A stretch of 64,000 bases of DNA from Rhina ancylostomus (lineage: Eukaryota), in assembly GCA_030265395.1 (NCBI GenBank), contig JARFYF010000058.1:22231915-22295914 (forward strand). Direction: 5' to 3'. The position numbers and the translations under genes were made by a program. The notes below the pieces were generated by a model, which had not been told where the DNA came from, made no database searches, and was given only the letters and a program-made list of their open reading frames with translations. The stretch's first letter is position 1. Each line of letters starts with the position of its first letter. Below, piece after piece: positions 1 to 13,784 of the stretch.

Positions 1-1400
1 CTGAAGCAAAGTATTCATTAAGGGCCTCCCCTACCTCTTCCAACTCCAGGTACATGTTTCCTCTTTTATCCCTGATCGGGCCTACCCTCACTCTAGTCAC
101 CCTCTTATTCTTCACATATGTGTAGAATACCTTGGGGTCTTCCTTGATCCTACTGGCTAAGGACTTCTCATGCTCCCTTCAAGCTCTCCTAAGTCCATTC
201 TTAAGCTCCCTCCTGGCCACCTTGTAACTCTCTAGAGCCCTGTCTGATCTATGCTTTCTAAGCATCAGGTAAGCTTCGTTCTTCCTCTTGACAAGATATT
301 CTACATCTCGAGTCAACCACAGTTCCTTCACTCTACCATCCTTATCCTGCATCAATGGGACCATCCCATCCAGAACCCCATGCAAGTACTCCCAAAACAA
401 CCTCCACACTTCTGCTGTGCACTTCCCCAAGAACATCTGTTCCCAAGTTGCACACCCAAGTTCCTGGCTAATAGCATCATAATTCCCCCTCCTCCAATTA
501 AATACTTTCCCATATCATCTGGTCACTATCCCCAAAATGCTCTCCCACTGAGAGATCTGAAACCTGATCAGGCTCATTGCATAGTACCAGGTCCAGAATG
601 GCCTCTCCTTTAGGCAGCCTGTCCACATACTGTGTCAGGGATCCTTCCTGGACACACCTAACAAACTCCGCCCCATCTATCTCCTTTACACTAAGGAGGT
701 GCCAATCAATATTAGGGAAATTGAAATCATCCATGATAACAGCCCTGATATTGTTACACCTCTCCAAAATCTGCCTCATGAGCTGCTCCTCAGCATCTCT
801 GCTGCTAATGGGGAGTCTGTAGAATACTCCCAATAGAGTGATTGCTCCCATCCTGTTTCTGATTCCACTCATACTGAGTCAGTAGACATCCAGCACATCA
901 GCCCTTTCCACAGCTGTGACACTGTCCCTGATCAGCAAAGCCACTCCCCCACCTCGTTTATCTCTGTCCCTGTCCCTGTTGAAACATCTAAACCCTGAAA
1001 TATCCAACAGCCACTCCTGCCCTTGCGACAGCCAAGTCTCTGTAATGGCCACCACGTCATAGTTCCACGCACTTACCCATGCTCTAAGTTCATCACACTT
1101 CTTCCTGATACATCTCGTATTAAAGTAGACACCCTTCAGGCCATCCAGCTGACTGCAATTTTGCCCTTTCAAATGTCTATCCTTCCTCACAGTCTTTCTA
1201 CACTCTGCATCTACCTGTACACTAAATGAACCAACTTCTGATCACTTTGGTTCTCAGCTCCCTGCCAAACTAGTTTAAACCTTCCCAACAGTTCTAGCAA
1301 ACTGTTTATCCCACTCCAGTTCAGATGTTGCTGTCCCTTTTGTACAGGTCATACCTTCCCCAGAAGAGATCCCAATGATCAACAATCCAGAAAAGATCCC
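1..1400 (-). mobile_element. CR1-clade LINE (HER1-like), decayed: ORF1 C-terminus and ORF2 APE endonuclease
   Basis: ORF fragments GVYFNTRCIRKKCDELRAWVSAWNYDVVAITETWL, GGGVALLIRD, MDDFNFPNIDW, EAILDLVLCNE, GEHFGDSD. DHWDLFWGRYDLYKRD (ORF1 esterase end) near 1330-1380. Multiple stops and frameshifts. Confidence 0.92.
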
Positions 1401-2999
1401 AATTAATTTCCTTTCCACAGAAGGTGGCCCCAGTGTGTCTAATATTTCCTTATAGCTACAGTGTTCCANNNNNNNNNNNNNNNNNNNNNNNNNNNNNNNN
1501 NNNNNNNNNNNNNNNNNNNNNNNNNNNNNNNNNNNNNNNNNNNNNNNNNNNNNNNNNNNNNNNNNNNNNNNNNNNNNNNNNNNNNNNNNNNNNNNNNNNN
1601 NNNNNNNNNNNNNNNNNNNNNNNNNNNNNNNNNNNNNNNNNNNATCCCTTAGCTCTTTTTAACTATCTTATCAGCCTGCCTTCAGACCTTTAAGGATCTG
1701 TAGACAGATAATCCTCCACACCACTCAAAACACTCCCATTTATTGTGTACGTGTTTGCCTGCCAGCCTTAATTACAAGCTCAGTTCTAAGGAATTAACCT
1801 TGAACCCATAACTCTGTTGCTCCCAGGCAAGCTTGCAACCAGCTGAAACAAGGTTGACAAGATTACAATGTCGTAATGAGATCTGAGGAGGGATGGGCAA
1901 ATGGCCTATTTCATACATCTTACTGTGTTTTATATTTGTACCATTGCTAATTGAAGGATAGTATGATTGGAACTATCTTACTCAATTATCTGAAGACATG
2001 TAGAGCAAATCTATCAATCTGTATTCCTTTGAAAATTAGTTTATGTTCCTTTTCCTTCTAAATATTTTTAAACAAGAAGTGTTAATATAATAAAGACAGG
2101 AATCAACTTGAACAAGATCTGCTAACCACTACCAGGGAAAGAGTTCTGGTGGTTCCTTCAGATGAGGGAATTATAAATATTTTTTAGGAATTTTGCTAGA
2201 ACTAACCATATTGTTTACAGGGAGGCCAGAGAAAATTTGTTCCAGATTGTGGAGGCAGACATAGTATGCAGCAATTCAACTGACAGAACAGCAGAATCTC
2301 CACATATTCACATATGAATCTCATAGAAATGCACAGGAAAAAGTATGTACAGATGGCTCAATTCTGGTTTCTTTTTCTGTAACTGTTATCCAGTGAGGAG
2401 GCTAATCCTGAAGTCATCCTTTAATTATGATCATAATGTATGAAAAGACTATCAAACCTATCCTGCTGTATTTTGCCTTCCATACACCTTTGCTTTATAC
2501 CCGCCCACAAAGTCATATAATCCCTTGCAAGAGGAAAATTAATGTAATAAACTGCAATTCTAGTTTGGAACACCATTTTGAAAAATTCTGCTCTGATGTC
2601 ATCAAGCTTGTGGAGGTTCTGGTATCCAGTCACCTGTTACCCTGCGATGTGCAGAGATGCTTTCAACTAAGGAGAACTTCTGAATGTTTTTTTTCATTGA
2701 ACCTTGTTTCACTAAAAGCCTGCAACCTTTTCCGGAATTTGATAACTTATCATTAAAGAACTATCCCTTTGCATCTAATCTGATTCTGTTTTTTCATAAT
2801 CTATATTATTGCCTCCTGTCCTTTATTGAACTCTTGAGTTTAAATAGACTTGCAAATGAATTGTCAAGTCTTTGTTGTATGCTGAAGACCACAGTCACAT
2901 TTCTATAAAGTCTACACTTTTCTAAATTTATTTATGCCTGTTCATAAATTATGGATCAATCTATTGGCCCCATCTTGTAAACTAACCATGATGGAGATG

Positions 3000-3460
3000 A
3001 ACTAGGCTTCCAGGGATGGAGGGGTTCAGTTGTCTGCATGTACTCAAAACTGGAACTGTTCTTCCTACAGCAGAGAGGGTAAAGAGGAGATTGAGTAGAG
3101 TTATTAATAATTCTAAGATGTAGATAGGGAGAAATTGTTTTCACAGGCAGTAAGGTTAGAAATGAATGGACACAGATTTTAAACTAATTTCAGAAAAAAA
3201 ACTACAAAGGAGAGATGGAGAATGCTTTATTTTACTCAATGAATTGCTAGTATTTGGGATGGATTTCCTCAAAAGATACTGAGAATAGATTCAAAGAAGC
3301 TGAGTTGGAATCAGATCAATTCAGGGCAAAGATTCCATCAAGTGTGACTATACCTCATGAAATGAGAATATTTACAGGCTATGGGTAGACAGTGGTGAGG
3401 TGACACTAATTAGTTGGTCTTTCAGCCAAATGGCCTCTTTCTGAGCTTATACAAAGAGAG
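3000..3460 (+). mobile_element. Old CR1 3' fragment
   Basis: Degenerate match to the RT C-terminal region and tail of better-preserved copies (e.g. 42430-42950). Confidence 0.55.
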
Positions 3461-3734
3461 AACAAATGTTCTGTATTTATTTGCTTTTAATATGCATCCT
3501 AACATTTTTTGTTACAGTAGTTTCATGTTAATGTGCCTTGTAATATATTATCTCTCCCAGCATCAATGCTTATAATTAAGATGTATACTCCCCTTCTTAG
3601 ATAATAATTATATGCTTTATTATAAGTCATCTGCCAAGTATAGACCTATTCTCCTTTGCATCTAAAAAACCTAGATGGCCATAATGTTGAATAATCACCA
3701 ATCTTCTCTCAATAACAAGAATCAGAAATATTTG

Positions 3735-3875
3735 AACAAAACTCAATCAAGCCAGGGCATAGAAGGTTATGGACCTAATGCAGGTCAGTGGGATTAATAT
3801 AGATAGGTGCAATGGTCGGTGTAGCTGTGGTGGGCTAAAGGGCCAGTTTCCGCGCTGTACAACTCTATGACTCCA
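3735..3875 (+). mobile_element. CR1 3' tail
   Basis: ggcatagaaggttatggacctaatgcagg...gggctaaagggcc...gctgtacaactctatgactc, the same tail as the other CR1 copies. Confidence 0.75.
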
Positions 3876-3879
3876 TCAG

Positions 3880-5935
3880 TGCAAAAGAGAAAACTGAAGC
3901 ATCTGCAAGAATCTTCAGCCAGAAGAGCCAAGTGGATGATCCACCTCAGCCTCCTCCAATGATCCCCAGCAATGATAGATGCCACTTTTCAGCCAATTTG
4001 ATTCACTTCATGTGTTATCCAGAAATGGCTAAAGGCATTGGATACGGCAAAGGCTATGGACCCTGATGACATTCTGACAATGGTACTGAAGACTTGTGCT
4101 CCAGAACTTGCTGTGCCCTGGGCCAAGCTGTTCCAGTGCAGCTATAACACTGAAATGTGGAAAACCGACCAGGTATGTCCTGTCCACAAGAAGCAGGACA
4201 AATCCAACCCAGCCAGTTACCACCCCATTGGTTTACTCTTGATCATCAGCAAAGTGATGGAAGGGATAATTGACAGTGCTGTCAAGCAGCACTTGCTTAG
4301 CAACAATCTTCTCACAGAGGCTCAGTTTGGGTTCCAGCAAAGTCACTCAGCTCCTGACCTCATTACAGCCTTGGTCCAAACATGAACAAAAGAGCTGAAC
4401 TCCAGAGGTGAAGTGAGAGTAACTGCCCTTGACATCAGGGCAGCATTTGATCAAGTATGGCATCCAGGAGCCCTGATTAAACTGGAGTCAATGGGAATCG
4501 GGGGAAAACCCTCTGTTGGGTGGAAACCTACCCAACACAAAGGAAGATGATTGGTCGTGGTTGGAGTCAATCATCTCAGTCGCAGGACACCTCAGGGTAG
4601 TGTCTGAGGCCCAATGACATTCCTTCAATTGTAAGGTTGGAAGTAGGGAAATTTGCTGATGATTACACAATGTTCAACACCATTTGTGACTCCTCAGGTA
4701 ATAAAGCAGTCCACAACCAAATGCAGCAAGATCTGAATGATATACAGGCCTGGGCTGATGGGTGGAAAATTATGTTCGCACCACACATTCCTGGTAATGA
4801 TGGTATCCAACAAGAGAAAATCCAGCTATCACCCCTTGTCATTCAGTGGTATTATCATCACTGAATCTCCTTCTATCAATATCATGGGGGTTACGTTGAC
4901 CAGAAACTGGAGTCACCACACACACAATGTGGTTACAAGAGCAGGTCAGAAGCTGGGAATCCTGCAGCAAGCCACTCACCTCCTCACTCCCCAAAGCCTG
5001 CCCACCATCTTCAAGGCTCAAGTCAGGAGTGTGATGGAACACTCTACTTATCTGGATGAGTGCTGCTTCAAGAACACCCAAGAAGCTCAACATTATAGAA
5101 TATATAACAACCAGCTTGATAGGCACCCTATCCACAACCATTCACTCACTCCACCACTAACGCACAGTAGCAACAGTGTCTACTATCCACAGGGTGCACT
5201 GCAGCAACTCACCAAGACTCCTTGGATGGCACCTTCCAAACCTACCACCTTTACCAACTAAAGGGCGGCAAAACCAGGGGAACACCGCCACCTGGAAGCT
5301 GCCCTCCAAGCCACACACCATCCTGATGTGGAAATCCACCATTGCTGGGTCAAAATTGCTGGGCAGAGACAGCAGTGTAGTGGTTAGCATAACGCTATTA
5401 CAGCACCAGTGACCCAGGTTCAATTCCCGCCGCTGCCTGTAAGGAGTTTGTACATTCTCCCCGTGTCTGCGTGGGTTTCCTCCGGGTGCTCCGNNNNNNN
5501 NNNNNNNNNNNNNNNNNNNNNNNNNNNNNNNNNNNNNNNNNNNNNNNNNNNNNNNNNNNNNNNNNNNNNNNNNNNNNNNNNNNNNNNNNNNNNNNNNNNN
5601 NNNNNNNNNNNNNNNNNNNNNNNNNNNNNNNNNNNNNNNNNNNNNNNNNNNNNNNNNNNNNNNNNNNNNNNNNNNNNNNNNNNNNNNNNNNNNNNNNNNN
5701 NNNNNNNNNNNNNNNNNNNNNNNNNNNNNNNNNNNNNNNNNNNNNNNNNNNNNNNNNNNNNNNNNNNNNNNNNNNNNNNCTTCTCTTAAAATCCTGGAAC
5801 TCCCTGCCTAACAGCATTGTGGGTATATCCACACCCCAAGAACTGCAGCAGTTCAAGAAGGCAGCTCACCACCACCTTCTCAAGGGAGCTGGGGATGGGC
5901 TTGGCCTGCAAAGCCCACATCCCTTGAACAAATAT
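3880..5935 (+). mobile_element. Non-LTR retrotransposon (CR1/L2-group) RT region and 3' tail, decayed, interrupted by a SINE
   Basis: DTAKAMDPDDI...VLKTCAPELAVP...PVHKKQDKSNPASYHPIGLL...QFGFQQSHS and FADD motifs, with frameshifts. The tail aaatcctggaactccctgcctaacagc resumes after the SINE and gap. Confidence 0.9.
5360..5493 (+). mobile_element. tRNA-derived V-SINE (HE1-like), young copy, 3' part lost in gap
   Basis: A-box tagtggttagc, B-box ggttcaattcc, V-domain ggagtttgtacattctccccgtgtctgcgtgggtttcctccgggtgctccg with CpGs retained. Confidence 0.85.
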
Positions 5936-6369
5936 AAAAACGACTCTGTGAATATAAATTGGTGACTAGGACTTTTTAAAGCAGAAGCAAAACATATGTT
6001 CCCTGCTTTTCCTCTGACAGCTTACCTACAATTGGTCAAACTATTAATGGGCCTATAACTTCATAGTTCTGACTTACTGCCCTTATTATATATAGGCAGC
6101 ACATGGACACCTTTTCAGTTCATGGAAAAAAAGTCTTTAAGCCCCTCCCACCTACTGGCTCTTCCACCTACACCAATAAGTCATTAAACACATTTACAAG
6201 AGGCCTGGATAATTCAAATTCCACTTCCTTCACCCTGACAGAGTCAGAGGCATCAGAAGCAGCAGCTTCAACCATTTTAAGCACATTCAAGCCTAGCGAG
6301 AGTTTCATCCACATTAACATAATTTTCATAGTAATTCACAAGGTGTGAGAGTTGCAGAGAAAGTCAGCA

Positions 6370-6625
6370 TTGAATCCCCACCCCTAATTGCCTTTGAAGT
6401 GAGTGTCTCATAAGACAATTTCAGCAGTGTTCCGGAGCCTGGAGTCACATGCACACAAGAAGTAAAAGGATTAGCGAACCAGATGGGTTGAACAATCTTG
6501 TCATTTCATGGTTTATTACTTAATCACCTGAATTTAGATGCCCCCACTGCCACGGTTCTGGGCCATAATTCCAGGCCTCTGGATTGCAAAACCATTAACT
6601 TAATCATTTTGCAACACACCCCTAA
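6370..6625 (-). mobile_element. tRNA-derived SINE sharing its 3' tail with the 3880-5935 LINE family
   Basis: cccctaattgcc...ctggagtcacat...gaaccagatggg...ccaggcctctggattg. Related copies at about 19605-19760, 21225-22895 and 23990-24150. Confidence 0.6.
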
Positions 6626-8719
6626 ACATAAACTATATACTGTAGTATCGATAACCCAAGAAAACTTTATTAATGAAGCCCAGTGCTATGTAATCATATG
6701 ATCTCTACTATATCTAATTCTCCACATGAGGAATCCAATACCTCCACACAATTCTCAGTGATTAGCCAATGATTGAAAAAGACATCTCATTACCATCACA
6801 CCTATCTACTCCAGTGGTATTTTCACTACAGTTTTGGTTAGCCTCAGCTGCATTTAATATCTGTTTTCCTTAAATCTATAAAAATATTTCTGCTTTGGTC
6901 TATTTCTTTATAATATGACCAGTTAGTCAATTTGGCCTTTCTTTTAACCTTGAAGACATGAAGACATTTGCCTCCAGTGTGAAGTGGTTTAAAAGCATTC
7001 CACATTTTTTTCAGTGCTGCTGTTATCATTCCTACCAGTTTGACAATCCAATCAGGTTGTCTGTGTTTGCAAATTTTACTAACCACTGAAGTTAGTTCTA
7101 ATTTAACAAATTCTGGTGTCAGATTTATTTTGAAATTTAAGCATATAAAGCAAATGCCTGGGCAGATACATGAAATATATCAGAAAAAAAGACAATATTG
7201 GAAATGAATAATTGATCAATTAGACAGAGAAAGTGGGAGAGGGAGCTGGGGAAGGATTATGCAACAAATATTCTTTCAGACACTGAACAACCAGCTTTAG
7301 ACTTGATAATTTTGTTTTCCTTTTCCAATTTCAAATGTTCACTGCCTTTTTTATTTCAGCTACATTTGAGATTTATATCTATTGTTGCTGGTTGATACCA
7401 TTTGTTTGAACAAGCGTGAGGTGTTATGGAGGTAAATCCTTCACCAATCTTTCAGGGGGCAAATGAATCAACAGAACCAGTATATTTTCAGTCATATTAT
7501 TTGCTGTAAAATTGGATTTAGAAATTGTCATCACCAAGCATTTCCTGCAAAAGTATGTTGCATTCTGTTATGCATGTAGCAAAAATCAGTATAGCAGCAG
7601 TCACTGAGTAGAAAATGGTCACATTAGGACATGTAAAAGAAATGATTGATTGCATTTAAAACTTAGCAGAAAATTACTGTTAACAATGGCACACTCAAAA
7701 ACTTTTTGTACATTGGTCATTACATATCACAAGTCAGTGGGTCTGAATTATTAAATACAAGAATTTTGTTTATTAGATTTGAGAAAAAGCATGCATCCTG
7801 TATTTGTTATAATTAAAGAAAACACTAAGTGGATTTTCATTAATAAGAACTCATTTCAGTGCAATATGACTTGGAAGGCAATCATTTAGGAACTCATAAC
7901 ATTGCTGCAAAGAAGGCCACATGTTTCTAGATATGGCCAACATCTGGCATGCAGATGCTCAGCTACAAAGGCTTTATGGTTCACAGGGAATAAGACAAAG
8001 TTGGCAATGTTCCAACATGTAGTTCCCACAGTGTAAGCCATTNNNNNTGGGTAAACCACTTCTAGTATTTGGGCTGTAAAGGTTTGGCTTGCACACTCTT
8101 TGACATCTTTTTTTTGTCTTCTGCATTTTAAGGTGAATCCAAAATGTCACTTCACCTTGTATGTCTTTGTCACCACACTGTAATGCAGAAGCCAAGTCAC
8201 TGCTGAAATGTATTCATTTTGTTGGAATAACGTGTCTTCCAGCATTGGGATTTTTTGCAAATTAATGAACAAGTCTCATTAAAAAAGTCTTTGAAACTAA
8301 AAGAAGAAGGAACAATTTAGTTTCCCACTATCCTTTTTGTTTCATTTGGTTAACATCTTGAGGTTGTTCATGCTTAAAAATCAGCTAAAGGAAATATCCC
8401 TTCAAATCGCCTATTGATTGTTACACATTCAACGAGAGGTCCACTCATCCTGTGTTCAGTCCCTCGTCAATGATGCACTATTCTACCAGAAAGCTGTTTC
8501 AGATATCAGTTATTCTTTAAAGAAGCACTTACTCACATCATTGCTGATCTAGGCATGAGCACTTTAAATTTACATTTTGTATTTTGTTTTAGCAGCTTAA
8601 TTTATCTCCATTGAAAATTTTATAAACTTTCCTCATAATTCAAGTTTCTCAAAGGGGGTAGTCTTGTTCCCCTCACCACTCACAAAATATTCAGCACAGA
8701 AGGGACACATCATGAGGTC

Positions 8720-9500
8720 AGATGTGGGGGATGTTCCTTGATGATTGCACCATGTTCAGTTCTGCTCACAATTCCCCAGAAAATGAAGCAGTCCAAGGCT
8801 GCATGCAGCAAGACTTTGCAACATTTACAGTTTTGTGCCATAGACATACCAGGAACTCATATCTCCAGTCAGAGGAAGTTTAATCACATACCTTTGATGT
8901 TCAATGCCTTTACCAATAATAGGTTCCACAACACCACCACTGACCAGAAACTCAATTGGATAACGCAAATAAATAGTCTAGAAGAACAAATTGAAGGCTG
9001 AGTATCCAAAGTTGTCCAGTCATCTGCAAAACACATCTGGAGGAGAATGGAATACTCTCAACTTGCCAGGATGTGTGCAGCTCCAACAACAATCAAGAAA
9101 CTCGGCACCATCCAGAACGGTATGGCTTGCTTGATTGGCATCTTGTTCAACTGAACATTCACTCCACCACTACCAACCCACCCTTGGTTGCAGTGTCAAA
9201 CGCAATTCAACTTTTACCAAAATTGCTTTGACAACACTTCCCAGATCTGTGACCTCTATCACCTGAAAGGACAAGGGCAGCAGACCATCTATTATATTCC
9301 CCTCCAAGTCACACACTAACTTACAGTTCCTTCATTTCTGCCTGATCGAAATCCTGGAACTCCTTATCAAATAACATGGTGTGAATGCCTTCAGCAGAAG
9401 GAAAGCACTGTCTCATTGACTTACCAGTACCTTCTCAAGGATAACCAGGGATGGTTAATAAAAGCTGGCTTTGTCAGCATTATCTGTATCTCACAAAGGA
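8720..9500 (+). mobile_element. Older 3' fragment of the same LINE family as 3880-5935
   Basis: Shared blocks ggaatactctc, gcagctccaacaac, ccctccaagtcacac, aaatcctggaactcc, ccttctcaagg. Confidence 0.75.
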
Positions 9501-11099
9501 GCAGATAAAAAAACTATGTATGATGTGACTCGTTCAGAGGACAATCCAGTAGGCCTTATCTCTCTATTCTTTCCCAATATCCTTGCACATTTTTCCCCAC
9601 TCTATTAATCTATTTCCTGTTTGTTGTTTCCAATGTCCCTCAGTGACCAGACATGATGCAATATTTGAATCAACCTAACCATAGCTTTTTCCTGTTTTCT
9701 TTGCTAATTGCTGAAATACTGAATTACAGGCAATGTGTTGAGGGGAAACCAGCTTGAATGAGTTACAAAAATTGACACTGTAAAATGAATTACAAGTAAG
9801 AAAAGAATGTGGCTAGGGCATTTGTTTCATAATGACTTTGATGGTCACGGACCAAGTAGAATCTAAATTGCAGACTCCACCTTACCTTTTAACCTCTTGA
9901 GAAGAGACTACATAAAGTGATTTCCTCCGCTACTCATGTCTGACTCAAAGGTAAATGATATAAAACACCAAAATGCTACAGAGCATTAAATCCTACATAA
10001 TACCTCCTTGATCGATTGATTCCCATGGTCCTCACAACCAGATCATTATGCTCCACACTATTTGAACACCCCCTGCTGTGCTCATTTCTATAACTCTCAT
10101 TTCTACTTCTAATCACATATTTATCCAACTACTTTAAAAATGATTTTAACAAATGTATTTTAGTGAATGATAATTCTGTGCTTAAAAATTGAATTTCATG
10201 TCATCCTGAAGTCTTAAGTTTATACATGTTTTTTTTAACTCTGAATTTGCCATCTTAGTAATGCTGAAGTTTTTTATGCTATCTTCCACTCTTCATTACT
10301 TTAAAAAGTTTGTTTTCATCATTCACTCTAACAAAAAAAGGGTTTATGTGTTCACAGCTCTAAGTTCTTGAACTGCCTTTGATATTTTCCTCTTAACGGT
10401 TCCCAATGCATTCATGTTTCCTGAGGCTGTTTCCCAGAGATGGGCATAATTTACAACAGTGGCCTGAACAAAAATGAACATGCAGTTTGAATGCCTACTG
10501 TTGTTTCAACCAACAATAAAGTTCAATTAATGTGGGCAGGTTGTATAAAGACCCTGTATAAATGTGTAGCCTAGAAATAGCTATAATATATAAGTATATA
10601 AGCAGTTAACATATTCATCTTACATCACTTGTCAGCACATCTAAAAAAAATCAGCCACTTCTATTATCTAGTTTAATGTAAATTTAACTTGCATTAACCT
10701 ATACAACAAAAGTGGGTGAATTTTGTAAGCTTGCATCTCTACTAACCAGATGTCAGAGGACATGGTTATGAGAGTGAATTCCATGCATTTAGACCCTCCT
10801 GCTCTGTTCCAAGGAAACTGAAAAAAATTGCAATATGGCCAGTATTTACATACAGCTACAGCCGTTTCTGTGCCTTTTCCATCAGATTTTTGTCAGTAAG
10901 TAGAAGTTCTGCCACTATCAAAAATGTTGTTTATTCAAAACCTGCTGGAGAACACAATAGAAGGCCGACAACTCATTGCAGAAAAAATGGGGGTTGCACT
11001 GTTAAAGTATTTTTCTTGGGATTTATTGAAACTAAGCCTATGCTCTATTGGAAGGAGACATATATTTAAAAAATCCTATTCAAAAATGAGTTAGTGACT

Positions 11100-11300
11100 T
11101 AATCTGTCATCTCTCAAACAACTTCACCAAAACAGGTCCTTTAGTCATTTAGTCTGTGCAGGAGTTTGCAACTGTCTCTCTTCCTTTAACATAATAGTGT
11201 CAGCACTTCTACAGGACTTATGGTTGCAAAACATTTTGAGATATACTTTGAAAAGTTCCAGATCATTGCATACTCATTCTTTCCTTTCTTTTTCGCCTTT
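11100..11300 (+). mobile_element. Degenerate Deu-type SINE / L2-like 3' part
   Basis: ctcaaacaacttcaccaaaacagg...aaaacattttgagat...ttctttcctttcttt resembles the DeuSINE 3' half as I recall it. Confidence 0.4.
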
Positions 11301-11429
11301 CGGCATTGCCAAATGTTTTAAGGAAGAGGCACTCCCTGCATCTTGAATACATCCATTGATGCGTAGGCTGGTTCAATTTCTCATGAATAATCGTTTGCTC
11401 AAGAGGACAGAATTTATCCTTTTAAGTGT

Positions 11430-11795
11430 TACACCCATTTCCTAACTTGGAGGAGGAGGCTGAGGGGGGATTTTAATCAAAATATAAAAAATTATGAAGG
11501 CACAGATAGGATGAATAATAAGAAAAATGAACTAATAAAACTAGAGATGATAGGTATAGGGTGAGGGGAAAGAGGTTTAGAAGGGATGTGAAGAAGAACA
11601 TTTTCTCCCAAGTGGTGGTTGGACTCTGGAACACACTGCCTGAGTGAGTGGTGAAGGTAAATACTCTCACAACATTTAAGGAATATCTAGGCAAACACCT
11701 AAATCGGCAGTGCTTAGAATGCCATGGGCCAATTGCTGGTAAATGGGATTAGTGTAGACTGGTTCTCAAAGTTTAGCATGGACATGATGGCTGTA
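11430..11795 (+). mobile_element. CR1 3' fragment
   Basis: ggaggaggctgaggggg...tataaaattatga...ggtgaggggaaagaggtttagaagggatgtgaagaagaac...tggaacacactgcctga, typical RT C-terminus and tail. Confidence 0.8.
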
Positions 11796-13586
11796 GCCAT
11801 TGTGCTCAATAGCAGTGTGCAGAAGAGTGCTGATGTATGGGGTACATCACTGTCAGTTGTGGCTGCTCCTGAAATTCAACAGCAGTGAAAATCCATTGTT
11901 CATTCCCTTTTCCTCAGTTTCTTTGAGGTAAAACAAAATGAATGTGTCAAACAGTGGTCCAGAAATAGTTCCTTGCCTGAAACTGTGCATTAGAGTGACA
12001 TTGTGCTGGAGAGCTACAGCAACTGTCCCGGAGTCATGGAGGATTTTCTTGTGCATGCACAATGTGCAAGGTGTCACGAGGTAAGTGGTCCTGCTTCATG
12101 GTCTTTAGTGTGTTAAGTGGATTAACCATGGATAATTTGAGTGTGAAGTGTAGCTTTATCTGTACAATATCCAATTATCTTTGCAGTTTCTAAAGCGACG
12201 CTTCTCAACTTGCCGACTTCTATTGACCTAATATTAAATGTGCAGAGATGAACACAGGATTACCCATCTCCATTTCTCCTTGATTGGATAGCGTGGTGGC
12301 AGCGAAGAAATCAGAAAGACTGGGAGACCCTAAAACACAAGGAAATTCGAAGGCCTTGACAGCAAACTGTTGGGAAATCTGGTTCATTGGTGCATGGCAG
12401 TTGAATCTTCTGCTGCCTTCTGTGGTGGGTCCCACAGGGAAAGTCCATCTTTAAGGAGTGCTGGAGGAGACCTACTTCTTTTGTAAAGAACTGCTATCCT
12501 GTTCAAGACCCATGCTGCTTTTACAAACATTTATTTGAGTTTCTGTGTTACAGCAACAGCATTAAATATCCATTGCATGCTAATTGTCATACTTGCTGTG
12601 TGTTCACTCTGTGCAGAGTCAGGTCACACAGGAAACTTCTAATTCAATGTCACACTATGGCAACGCAGGCTTGACACAATTGTTTTTGATGATTTGCACT
12701 AATAAGTTGAAGAGTGAAATTAATTTTGCAATTGATTTTACACTTTACTTCATTCCTGCACTCATAAAAACATGAACGACATGATTAAATTTCTAGGTCT
12801 GTATCTTAACTTTGCTCTTAGCTCATTTGAAATGGTTTTGTGTTAGTTANNNNNNNNNNNNNNNNNNNNNNNNNNNGCTCAAGTGCGCAGCATGTTGCCG
12901 GGTAATGCTTCTTGACTAGCTTAGAATGATCAAATAGCTGTAAGCTGTGTATAAAGAAATGTTCAGAAGGACAATTTCAGAACCCAACATTTATGAGAGC
13001 AATTAACTCAGGCTCCCAAAGCCCCATTCTTTTCTCCTGACTCACATTGTTTTCAGTCTCATATCTATACATTTGTGCCAAAAATGAGCAAATTAAACTT
13101 CAATATTTTCAGAACCAACCATGCTTTATTATAAAATTGTAACAAACACACATAATAATTACTAAATATTTGACTCTGGCTTCTTTGGGAATGGTATGAT
13201 GACTATATTCCAATCTGAGGAGAGCACATTACATGATCTATTCCTGGTCAGTCTTGCTTACATTTACACAAAGATATTGGATTTAATAATTAACCACATG
13301 AAAATAATTTTTAATGGTTTGAAATGCTGTAAATGAACATCAAACATCTCACTAAATCTTAAACGATAACTTCATTTCAAATAACAGCTGAGGCTGGATC
13401 TTTCTAATCTTCCATTTACTATTTTTGGAGAAATGTCATTTGGAGAAATGGTTTACAAGGAATCAACCAACTAAATAGTTATTTATTGAAGGGATAATAT
13501 TGGAGCTTATCTTTTCACTGCTAGCATAGCTGAGACATATATCCATAAAACACTAAGCTTTATGCTTTACACTTCTATACATGTTT

Positions 13587-13626
13587 GAGTGTGCGTGTGT
13601 GTGTGTGTGCGTGTGTGTTGTGTGTG

Positions 13627-13670
<44 letters not shown>

Positions 13671-13672
13671 TG
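13587..13672. repeat. (TG)n/(CA)n imperfect microsatellite
   Basis: About 85 bp of TG repeats seen directly. Confidence 0.97.
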
Positions 13673-13784
13673 TAAGAGATTTGAACAGTATGGTTATCCC
13701 AACAACATTCATACAAAGCCTTTATCAAAGTAAATGCCTTGAGCCATTTCTGGGCCAATTATCAACCAATATTTGACACCAACA

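Noticed and set aside
5360-5435. tRNA-like A/B boxes here and at 15461 and 18372
   Set aside because: They are SINE heads followed by V-domain sequence, not tRNA genes.
13567-13776. His/Thr- and Cys/Val-repeat ORFs
   Set aside because: Translations of the (TG)n microsatellite.
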